This document shows, one piece after another, positions 1 through 8,500 of a stretch of DNA of 50,183 nt. The position numbers and the translations under genes are program-made. Under the pieces are notes generated by a model that did no database searches, was not told the origin of the DNA, and saw only the letters and a list, made by a program, of their open reading frames with translations. Source of the DNA: a virus; the IMG/VR virus record IMGVR_UViG_3300025325_000003; one strand, 5' to 3'. Each line of letters opens with the position of its first letter. Positions within the stretch are counted from its first letter, which is position 1.

Positions 1-127
1 CAGGGCGACCCCGGAGCACAAGGCGACCCTGGTGCGCAGGGCCCACAGGGCGTAGCAGGCATTCCACTTCCTGGTGAAGAGGGAGAGCCTGGTCTCTTCG
101 GAGTACCGGGTCGCCGAGGACCTACTG
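1..127. repeat. Left copy of an exact 127-bp terminal direct repeat (identical to 50057..50183); circular-assembly overlap
   Basis: Compared base by base. Both ends read cagggcgaccccggagcacaagg...cgccgaggacctactg. The G-X-Y reading frame passes through the junction with no stop. Confidence 0.97.
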
Positions 128-1143
128 GCACTACCGGGGCGCAGGGAGATACCGGCGCGCAGGGAAACCAAGGCCCGTCGGGACGGCAGGGTATACCTGG
201 CGTGCCGCAGCCGACCACGGATGTGTCAGATTACAGTATGTGGGTTCCGCCCATTACAGTTCCTCAAGTTGATGTACAGGTCTTTAGTACCGCCGGGTCG
301 TTTACTTGGAATAAACCAGCGGGACGAGCGCTTCGTCGTACGAAAATTCTTTGCATCGGCGGGGGTGGTGGCGGTGGTGGGGGCTCTAGACAAGCAACCG
401 GCAACAGCCATACCGGCGGCAACGGAGGTAACGGCGGGGGTTCCGGATTCAAGGAATACCGGCTAAGTGACTTGCCCTCCTCCTTAGACGTTGTGGTAGG
501 CGCGGCAGGTACGGGAGGTGATGGTTCGATAACGGCGAACACCAGTGGAAGTGATGGTGTAGCGGGAGGAACTTCTAGCGTGAGCGGTGGAGGTACAACC
601 TACTGCACCGGTAGGGGCGGTAGTCTAGGTTCTAAGGGCTTGATTAATACTACCGTGAATGCAGACCAAAGCGTTGTTTTTTCCAACTCATTCCAAGGTG
701 GCGCAGGAGGACCGGGAGGGGAAAGTCTAGCGTTGGCTACTTCAGCAGAAGGAAGTGAGAGCCCGACAGGCCAAATAGCCGGCGGGGCAGGCGGAGGAGG
801 GGGTGGGGGTTACTCCAACACTGATGTTCCCCAAAACGGCGGCGGCGGGGGACGGGCGTATGATAACGGCGCGGCGGCGAGCGGCGGGGCCGCGGCTTCA
901 GGCGGGGGTCCGGCAACTGCGGGAGGAACAGGCGGTTCGACCCCAGCAGGTCAGGCTCCCGGCGCTGGGGGTGGAGGGGGTGGAGCAGGCCACGACTCCG
1001 CAGGCAATAGAGCTGGTGCTGTTGGAGGTAGCGCAGGAACTTATGGTGGAGGCGGTGGAGGCGGCGGAGCTGGAGTTGTGGGTGGCAACGGAGGTAACGG
1101 CGGAGCTGGAACCGCCGGTGTCGTTGTTATAATCACGGACTAG
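1..1143 (+). CDS. Tail fibre, C-terminal portion (continuation of 49526..50183 across the circular junction): last collagen-like G-X-Y triplets followed by a poly-glycine-rich domain
   Basis: Frame 1 is open from base 1 ([17 protein letters not shown]...GIPGVP) into the listed ORF 202..1143. It contains runs such as [23 protein letters not shown] and [21 protein letters not shown], with stop TAG at 1141-1143. Bases 1..127 duplicate the other window end. Confidence 0.8.
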   Translation, partial: QGDPGAQGDPGAQGPQGVAGIPLPGEEGEPGLFGVPGRRGPTGTTGAQGDTGAQGNQGPSGRQGIPGVPQPTTDVSDYSMWVPPITVPQVDVQVFSTAGSFTWNKPAGRALRRTKILCIGGGGGGGGGSRQATGNSHTGGNGGNGGGSGFKEYRLSDLPSSLDVVVGAAGTGGDGSITANTSGSDGVAGGTSSVSGGGTTYCTGRGGSLGSKGLINTTVNADQSVVFSNSFQGGAGGPGGESLALATSAEGSESPTGQIAGGAGGGGGGGYSNTDVPQNGGGGGRAYDNGAAASGGAAASGGGPATAGGTGGSTPAGQAPGAGGGGGGAGHDSAGNRAGAVGGSAGTYGGGGGGGGAGVVGGNGGNGGAGTAGVVVIITD

Positions 1144-1164
1144 TTAGGGTAAGAGGAGAGAGAC

Positions 1165-1503
1165 ATGGCAGGACAGCCTTTCAAGGACGGCCCGGCGTTC
1201 GTCGCCAACTCGGTGGCGGACCTCTACAACAATTCCTCGGCGGCGGTCTATACGCTCATCAGGCACATCCACCTGGTGAACAAGGACGCGTCGGCGCGGA
1301 CACTCGTCCTGTACATCGGCGCGACTGGTGGCAGCGCGTCGGGTACGGAGATACTGGACGACTACAGCATCGCGGCGGGGGACTTCGTGGACCTCTACTT
1401 CCCGTCAGGCTTGAAGCTCGTTTCGACGGACTTCCTGTCGGGTGTGGCGTCGGCGGCGTCGGCTATTGTCTGCACCATCGCGGGCGAACTCTACGCGGCA
1501 TAA
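1165..1503 (+). CDS. Hypothetical virion-module protein (112 aa)
   Basis: ATG is preceded by AGAGGAGAG. The ORF is tightly packed after the fibre gene on the same strand. Confidence 0.6.
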   Translation: MAGQPFKDGPAFVANSVADLYNNSSAAVYTLIRHIHLVNKDASARTLVLYIGATGGSASGTEILDDYSIAAGDFVDLYFPSGLKLVSTDFLSGVASAASAIVCTIAGELYAA

Positions 1504-1512
1504 GGAAACAGT

Positions 1513-3540
1513 ATGCCAGTAGAGGTTGCACCAAACCGAATAGAACTAGCTCAGCTCCTTGGCGGGTTCGCACCCGACCCCGAGGAAGCCTCACTTCCGC
1601 TCGACCAGTCTCCGGATATGCTGAACCTTCTACCCGACCTTGGGTCTGGGGCGCTGGAGCTACGGAAGGGCTTCAAGAGGCCGAATACGAATGCACGCAT
1701 CGAGACCCTGGAAGGCTGGTGGATACGCCACTGCAACTACTACGAGGTCATCGACAGCGGCGCGCGAGAACGATTCCTAGTCTGTATTCTAACCAACGGC
1801 ACCAACGCAGACCCGGACAACATACAGGTCTGGGTCTACGACCTCGTCGCCGACACGTTCGCAAGGGTAGACACCGCCGGCAGGTCCTGGGCGAACGCCA
1901 AGACCGAGCACTGGTACGCCATCGTCGAGGGCACCTATTACGGCGGAACGCGTGGAGAGGTCATCTACTCCTGGCACCCGACTAACGGGTGGAAGGCAGA
2001 CCCGACGACTCCGAACGTGAAGACCTGGGTCAACGATGTTGACGGCGCCGTCGACCCAGGGACCGAATTCGCCAAAGACTACGCCTTCCGTAAGGGCGAG
2101 AAGGTCACCACCGGAAGTAAGTTCTACTCCTCAACTCGCAACATTCGCTTCAAAGACTGGGAGTCGGGGCAGCGGTACGACCGCGGAGAAAGAGTCAGTC
2201 GTAAGGCGACCATCGGGGGCTCTACGTACTGGCGGTCGTTCCAGTGCATAGATAAGCACACAGCCGACGCCACTAATCGGCCGGGGGACGGCTCTGGTAC
2301 CCCGACCGACTACTGGAAGAAGGTTAAGCTTGAGAGTCCGCGCAACGAAGACGACGATGTAAGCGACGACTGGATTATCATGCCGTTACCCGGCAAGGGT
2401 GTTGTTGGTGCCTATCACGGCTTTCGCCTCTTTGTACGACACGATGACGCTGACAACTGGACGCGTCTTCAGTACAGCGCGCCGGCACATCCCGAACGCA
2501 ATACTGAGATAGCCGACCTAGATTTTGACCCGAAGGACTGGGCCCCTATTGACGACATAAGCGGAGACGGCGGCGGCTGGCAGACCGTGCCGTTCGTCAA
2601 GGGTGACGCCATACGAGCCCTACAGAGTTATGGTAGCTACCTTATCGTCGCCGGCCGCTGGGAAACGTTTGTTCTAGCTGGAACAAACGAGAGTACTTGG
2701 AATCTTCGGCGTTTGGGGGCCTTCGGCGCTATCGGCCCGCAGAGCATAACTGAGCTCGATGGGTTGGTGTACCTTCTTGGGCCGTGGGGCGGCTTAGCCG
2801 TTACTGACGGTACGTCAATTAGGGCGGTTGAGGGCATAGACAAAATACGTGAGTTCCTAAAGGACCGCATCGACAAGCTCATGGTCGGACAGGACACATA
2901 CAACTGGCATCCTGCGCTTGTCGCATACGCTGGGATGCTGTGGATTACCCTACCAAACGACAGCGGAGCCGACATCACCATCGTCTACGAGCCTAAAACG
3001 GCGTCATGGTACCAGCTTGATATCCCAATGCTGGACATGGCAGTCGGCGAGAAGGGACGCGCACAACGAGCTTGGTTCTCGACCGCCATCACCGGAGCAG
3101 CCGACCAGTATCCATGCATCTTCAACTACAGGGATGACCCCGGTAACGAACTCTATACCGACGACGACTATACGGCCGAAGTCACGGGCGTCGGCTCCAC
3201 ACTGAATCTCTCGTGGCGCCACCGAACCGGCTGGTTCCAGTTTGGCACTACACGAAACGAACGGCGGCTCAGACGGCTGTGGGCGCTGGTGACGGGCGAG
3301 GTGGCGCAGACAGTGACGGTTGATGTCTACGAGGACTTTGAGGAGGGAAGCGTCCTAACTACGGCTGCACGTACACTCGACGGAACCGCCCAGGCGGAGT
3401 TTGTCGAGGGCCAAGTTGGTCAAAAGGGCGATGTCTACGCCATCGCAACCAAGCTGTCAGGAACTGCCAATGCTCAACTAGCCGTACACGGCTACGGCAT
3501 CGATACCGAACCGCGACGCACACGCTTCCACAGGAACTAG
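1513..3540 (+). CDS. Large virion structural protein (675 aa), W/Y/G-rich; function unassigned (tail hub or nozzle-type candidate)
   Basis: Long ORF with AAGGAA before the ATG, located in the structural block. No enzymatic motif recognised. Confidence 0.55.
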   Translation: MPVEVAPNRIELAQLLGGFAPDPEEASLPLDQSPDMLNLLPDLGSGALELRKGFKRPNTNARIETLEGWWIRHCNYYEVIDSGARERFLVCILTNGTNADPDNIQVWVYDLVADTFARVDTAGRSWANAKTEHWYAIVEGTYYGGTRGEVIYSWHPTNGWKADPTTPNVKTWVNDVDGAVDPGTEFAKDYAFRKGEKVTTGSKFYSSTRNIRFKDWESGQRYDRGERVSRKATIGGSTYWRSFQCIDKHTADATNRPGDGSGTPTDYWKKVKLESPRNEDDDVSDDWIIMPLPGKGVVGAYHGFRLFVRHDDADNWTRLQYSAPAHPERNTEIADLDFDPKDWAPIDDISGDGGGWQTVPFVKGDAIRALQSYGSYLIVAGRWETFVLAGTNESTWNLRRLGAFGAIGPQSITELDGLVYLLGPWGGLAVTDGTSIRAVEGIDKIREFLKDRIDKLMVGQDTYNWHPALVAYAGMLWITLPNDSGADITIVYEPKTASWYQLDIPMLDMAVGEKGRAQRAWFSTAITGAADQYPCIFNYRDDPGNELYTDDDYTAEVTGVGSTLNLSWRHRTGWFQFGTTRNERRLRRLWALVTGEVAQTVTVDVYEDFEEGSVLTTAARTLDGTAQAEFVEGQVGQKGDVYAIATKLSGTANAQLAVHGYGIDTEPRRTRFHRN

Positions 3541-3548
3541 GAGAAATC

Positions 3549-4415
3549 ATGCCCATAGGCACGAATGGTGGACAGGTTGGACCTTCCGCCGGTAGCCGTA
3601 AGCGCAACACGTTTGCTAACCTCCTGTCGAAAACGAACTTTGCGCCCGGGGGCTCGAACCTCTTTGGGTCATCGGGCGGAGGAACCGGCGGGGCCCAGTC
3701 TGAGGGCGCACTACCGGCGCTTTCTCCTGAGTCGACCGCCAACTACTACGCACAGCTCTCGGCGCTACAGGCCCAGTACTCGCAGACCATAGCAGACCTG
3801 CGGCGCCAGCGGGTTGGCATCCGTGCTGGTTTCCAGGAGTCGAGAGCAGGGTTGAAGGCTCAAACGATGACCGGCGTACGAGACGTGCAGCAGTCCGCCG
3901 TCGAACGCGGAGTTCTCGGCGGCTCGGGCGAGCTCGCGCAGCGGGCAGAGGTCCGGGGCGCTGGAACCGCCGCCATCGCTGCCGAGCGGCGCGGAATGCT
4001 TGAGGGACTGGCCGACACGCGTAGCGCGCAGCAGCGCGCGGCGCTGGGGCTGTTCCAAGGCCAGACCGCTCTTGAGTCACAAGCGTTGGCTGAGCGCCAG
4101 AACCTACTCGCGCAGCAGCTGCAGCAGAATCTCATCGTGTCCGGGCAGGAAGCTCAGATGAACGCGATGAAGCAGATATACGGAGGACTTACTTCCGGAC
4201 TGGCGGGCATCGGCGCGCAGCTTCAGGCCGGGTATGCGGGCGTTGAGGACCTGTACAAGCAGCTCGCAACGTCCTACTCGTACTCCGGAGCCGTCCCTTC
4301 TGCTGGGGGCAGTACCGGTGGGTTCTCCGGTGGCTACATCATCGGTCCGGATGGGAAGATGAAGAAGGTACATGGGACTCCTCGTCCCAGTGCTGGATAC
4401 ATCGTGAAGTTGTAG
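3549..4415 (+). CDS. Gln/Ala/Gly-rich virion protein (288 aa), candidate internal or ejection protein
   Basis: AGGAG lies before the ATG. Composition is low-complexity Q/A-rich and helical-looking. It is the first of three consecutive such genes ending with the giant ORF. Confidence 0.5.
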   Translation: MPIGTNGGQVGPSAGSRKRNTFANLLSKTNFAPGGSNLFGSSGGGTGGAQSEGALPALSPESTANYYAQLSALQAQYSQTIADLRRQRVGIRAGFQESRAGLKAQTMTGVRDVQQSAVERGVLGGSGELAQRAEVRGAGTAAIAAERRGMLEGLADTRSAQQRAALGLFQGQTALESQALAERQNLLAQQLQQNLIVSGQEAQMNAMKQIYGGLTSGLAGIGAQLQAGYAGVEDLYKQLATSYSYSGAVPSAGGSTGGFSGGYIIGPDGKMKKVHGTPRPSAGYIVKL

Positions 4416-4424
4416 GAGGAGCCT

Positions 4425-5585
4425 GTGGCTAAGAAGAAGGGTCCCATAGGAACACTACGTCAGCAGCTCCAAAAAGAGCGAATGGCGGATTACCGTGTTA
4501 CCCTGTCCGCGCTGGCCGCGGGCCAGGCGAACTACGTCAAGCAGCTCAGTCGATACCAAAAATCTCTAACGGGTACTACCGAGCGCCAAACTCAAGCTCT
4601 TCTTCGGCTGAAAGACCGAGCGCAGCAAGCCGCCGTGCGAACAGAGGCACAGCAGCAGAAGGTTACCGTAAGCTATGGCGCCGCGCTAGGTGGTGCCGTA
4701 GCCCAGGCATTCGAGCCGGCGAGGACCTCTGCAGAGGCGGCAGTGAAGACGTCCAAGGCGGCTGTTCGAGTGGGGCGCGAGGGTGAGGCCCTGGCAGGTG
4801 ACATCGTCACTACGGCCAAGCTCGCCGCGCAGGCACAGCAGAGTGCTGCCGAGTATAAGCTGAACGAAGCGCTCCAACAGAGAACCATCATGGACAACCA
4901 GTCGCTAGTTGACTTGATGCAGACCTCCATGCAGGTTCGTGCACAGCTTGCGTCGGCACGCATAAGCGCACAGGCGTCCGTCGCCCAGGCACGCATCGCC
5001 GCCCAAGCTGATATCGCCGCTGCTCGCGTGCAGCAGGCTGACGCTATGGAATTGGCTCAGCTCAACGCAGACCTTCAGCTAAGAAACTGGCAGGAGCAGC
5101 AGGACTATGCGACAGCGCAGGTCTCTACCCAAGCTCAAAGCCAGGTTCAGGGCATTATGACCATAGCGCCCGACATCGCCGTCGCGGCCGCTGACGTGGC
5201 CCGAACGTACCGCGACGACAACGATGGGTCCTATGAGGCTATGCCCATCACCGACCTCTCTACAGCCTGGGCCGCTTCACAGGGCTATGACCCCGCAAGC
5301 CCCGAGTACGCGCTCTTCGTCGCAACACTACGTAAGATACCGACAACACCTAACACCGCAGTAGCGCTTAACGGCGCCATGTCTCAGCTGTGGGGCGGTC
5401 TTCCTGGCTTTAGCGAGTGGGGACCATCGGTCTACCAGGCCAACTCCGCGGGTATTGTGAGCGCCCTTTCACAGAGCTATCAGACGTACCTTGCGAGCGT
5501 AACCAGCGCCACAGGTACAAGTCAGCCCGCTGCTGCAGGCTTTCAGCCCTTCTACCGCGGACCTACCAGCTACTACGGAGGATAA
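4425..5585 (+). CDS. Ala/Gln-rich coiled-coil-like virion protein (386 aa), candidate internal or ejection protein
   Basis: GTG start lies after AGGAGGAG. The central part has a long A/Q-rich heptad-like region. Confidence 0.5.
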   Translation: MAKKKGPIGTLRQQLQKERMADYRVTLSALAAGQANYVKQLSRYQKSLTGTTERQTQALLRLKDRAQQAAVRTEAQQQKVTVSYGAALGGAVAQAFEPARTSAEAAVKTSKAAVRVGREGEALAGDIVTTAKLAAQAQQSAAEYKLNEALQQRTIMDNQSLVDLMQTSMQVRAQLASARISAQASVAQARIAAQADIAAARVQQADAMELAQLNADLQLRNWQEQQDYATAQVSTQAQSQVQGIMTIAPDIAVAAADVARTYRDDNDGSYEAMPITDLSTAWAASQGYDPASPEYALFVATLRKIPTTPNTAVALNGAMSQLWGGLPGFSEWGPSVYQANSAGIVSALSQSYQTYLASVTSATGTSQPAAAGFQPFYRGPTSYYGG

Positions 5586-5588
5586 CCA

Positions 5589-8500
5589 GTGCAACTTCCT
5601 AGCGTCGGCGGACTGCCACCGGTAGCGTCTATTCCAGCACCGTCTTTCAGTCCGTTATTCGGCATGACCGACGAAGAACAGGGCATGTTAGACATGCTGC
5701 CGCAGCTAAGTGGAACTCCCATGACCTTTGGAGAGTCACCGATGACTTCAGGGCAGCTTACACTGATGCAGTACACAGCTGCCCGAACGGGAGCAGCGGT
5801 GGGGCCCAACAACGACCCGCGGGAGTGGACTCCCGAGGAGGCTGTGGCGCAGACGGACCGGGCTCTAGCACGCATCTCGGCCGTCAACCCCGAACTGGCT
5901 CAGAAGCTTGCATCTGAGCGAGGCAGGGCTGAAGACCCCGATGGGTTTCTTTCGAGCATCTGGGACGGCATCAAGGAGGGATTTGCCGGGGTGGTCGACA
6001 TCATCAGCCGACCGTTCCACATCCTGCCCGAGGTCATTATGGATTGGGGCAAAGAGTCAGTTTGGAAGAATGTCGGCGACGCGCTAAGCGGCCGGTCGAG
6101 TGCCGACTTCGAGGACGTTCTAACTGAGAAGCTGGGCATGGAGAAGGGTATTCTTGCCAGTGCTCTTGGTTTCGGTATGGACCTGGTCCTAGACCCACTG
6201 AACCTCGTTACCCTCGGTGCGGGCGGGATGGCGAAGCGAGCTCTTGGCACTACAGCAGCAAAGACCGGCATTAAGCAAGCCATAGAAACTGGTAGTGTGC
6301 TAAGTGCCGGCGCGTTTGCGCGTAACGTGGCAGACCGCATCGGCGTCGACTTAGCCGAAAAGGGCGGGCTCGACCAAGTTGTGGGCGCCATCTTTGGAGC
6401 TACCGACGTTGGAAAGACACTAGCCGAGAAGGCGGGAAGTGGCGTAGTGGGCCGCATCAAGGCCGTCTTGGGTCGCGTCCATCCCGATGTACAAGCCGGG
6501 GTCGCCTTTGAGGTTGTGGGCAAGGCAGAACGTGAGGCCCTTCTGGGGCTGACACGACTCTCTGACGACATCTTTCGTGCCGCCACCGTGCAGGGCTGGT
6601 CTCGCGTGTCCGCCGAGGCCGCCGCGCAGTTCGGCGTAGACAAGAAGCTCTTTGACGGCGCGCTGCGCCAGATGGTGAAAGACGGTAGCGGCTTCATACC
6701 CAAGATAGGTGGGCCGGTTTCCAAGGCCATATACCACGAGGGGCGACGCGCCGCTGGCGTACTCGGTGGTATCCGACTACGTCTTCCTTTCCCGATGTTT
6801 GGCGTGAGGCTTCAGACGAACGCGCTAGCCTTCTGGCCGAAGTGGCTCGACTTCCAGCCGGCACGACGCTTCTTTGCCGGCCTGTCTGGGCATACTCGCG
6901 CCATGCGGATGGTCAGCAAGGGGGCTATGTCCGTAGATGAGCTGCGGGTTCTTTGGGAGGGCGGTTTCAGCAAGCTGAAGGAGTTTGCTCCTGCCACAGC
7001 CAAGGAACTGGCAGGCGGGCCATTCCTGCATCTAGGGTCCGCGCTCTACCCCCTATCTGAGATGGTAGGTGGCATCACCGCACACCTAGCTCCGAGCGCA
7101 AAGGTCGTTCGAGGGGGAGGCGTCGGGTCGCTGCGTTCCTCGGATGCGCGACGCATTGCCATGCACGTTGAGACGCAGCTCGTTGACGAGATGAGCACCG
7201 TGTTGCGGCCTGACGGCTCGCGTATTCCGACTGAGGCGGTTAACCGCATGTTCGTTACCTCCTTTGGCTTGGGACGTAGGGTCTCAAAGGAAGAGATAGA
7301 AGAGGTTGGCCGGCTAGTAGCAGACTACGCCTCAGTTGTTCCTGACCGCGGCGTTCTTTCTGCCGCCGACTACTGGGACTCGGTCATCGCCGACCACATC
7401 AAGCGGTTCCCCAAAGACCTTGACACGCTTGCGGCCTACCGCAACGCTCGTGGGCGCGCGGTACAGCTCGAAGGACAGCTAACCACGCGAGGCGTGGACG
7501 CGCTTGAAGCCGCTCGCGTCTGGCGCCAGATTTCCTACCAGATAAAGGACACTAGCCTTCGGTATGGACAGCTGCCGGACGCCCTAGACGACCCCGCCGC
7601 TCTCGCCGACGAACTTCGACCCGATGACGCTGCTAGGCTATCAGCCCAGTCGCACCCAGCTCTGCGAAACCGCGCCTTTCTCCCCGTTGATGCGGAAGAT
7701 TTCGCAGATGGTATTGGAGTTTGGGCCGTGCGCGACGCAACTGAGACGTACTCGGCACGGGGCCTACACTATACTCTTGGAGAAGATGTGGCGACCAGCC
7801 CTGCGCGGCTGGCCGAGACCAAGATAGAGGGTGGCGTTGCGGTAGTTGAAAATGCTCAGCGACTGGTAGGACAGGAGCATGCCGGGCGAGTCCTTAATCC
7901 GTACATTCGTGACCTTACGCAGAAAACCGCAGGAGCTGCTGGGGAGGCTACCGAAATCGTCGACCGAGTTCAGATACTCAAGGATGAGTGGACCGAGCTT
8001 CTTCGGGACTATGAGACTACGAGCGGTCGAAGCGTTGAAACACTCCTCGATACAGTCGAGGACCCCATCGTGCGCGAAATCGTCAAGAACGAGATGAACT
8101 TCGAGGGCAAACTTGGCGAGATAGTAACGCGTGAGCTGCAATTGGCGGGGTTTGACGGGCTACTAGAGAAGACCACAGCCGGCGATTTTCTGACGGTCTT
8201 CATGCCGACTAACGGCAGCGTGCCGGTGTCGCGCATTAACCCGTTCGCGCCGCACGTTGCACAGACCCTGGGTTGGTCGCCACGCGAGCTGACCGAAGAG
8301 GTGCGGCAGGCCGTGCGTCGTGCCGCACAGCCGCGCAAACCCGGTGCAACGGAGAACGTACTACGTAAGCTGGTACGCGATACTCACGGTATGGGCCACG
8401 TCCAAGCGGAGCTTCATGTTCGCAACACTCTTGCCCATGAGTACGGCGTTACGCTCGCCGAAGGTCAGCGTGCCCTAGTTGCCGACCCCCTAAAGATTCT

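Noticed and set aside
1-127. The 127-bp terminal repeat as a biological direct terminal repeat
   Set aside because: The repeat lies in the middle of a coding frame and its length equals a common maximum assembler k-mer. A circular-contig overlap is the simpler explanation. Only read data can settle this.
264-542. Antisense and alternative-frame ORFs across the Gly-rich and collagen regions (264..542 -, 803..1132 +, 49660..50046 -, 49553..50077 -, 49749..50111 +)
   Set aside because: These are Pro/Ala/Arg-rich mirror images of GGN repeats. They have no RBS and fully overlap the fibre gene.
202-1143. ORF 202..1143 as a stand-alone 313-aa gene starting at GTG 202
   Set aside because: The same frame is open from base 1 and continues the G-X-Y frame from the other window end. 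The listed start is only the first in-window start codon of a longer wrapped gene.
5900-6730. Long antisense ORFs inside large + strand genes (5900..6730 -, 40951..41574 -, 45704..46525 -, 44228..44770 -, 45277..45942 -)
   Set aside because: They have S/R/A/P-rich low-complexity translations typical of the opposite strand of GC-rich coding DNA. They have no RBS and conflict with well-supported operon genes.
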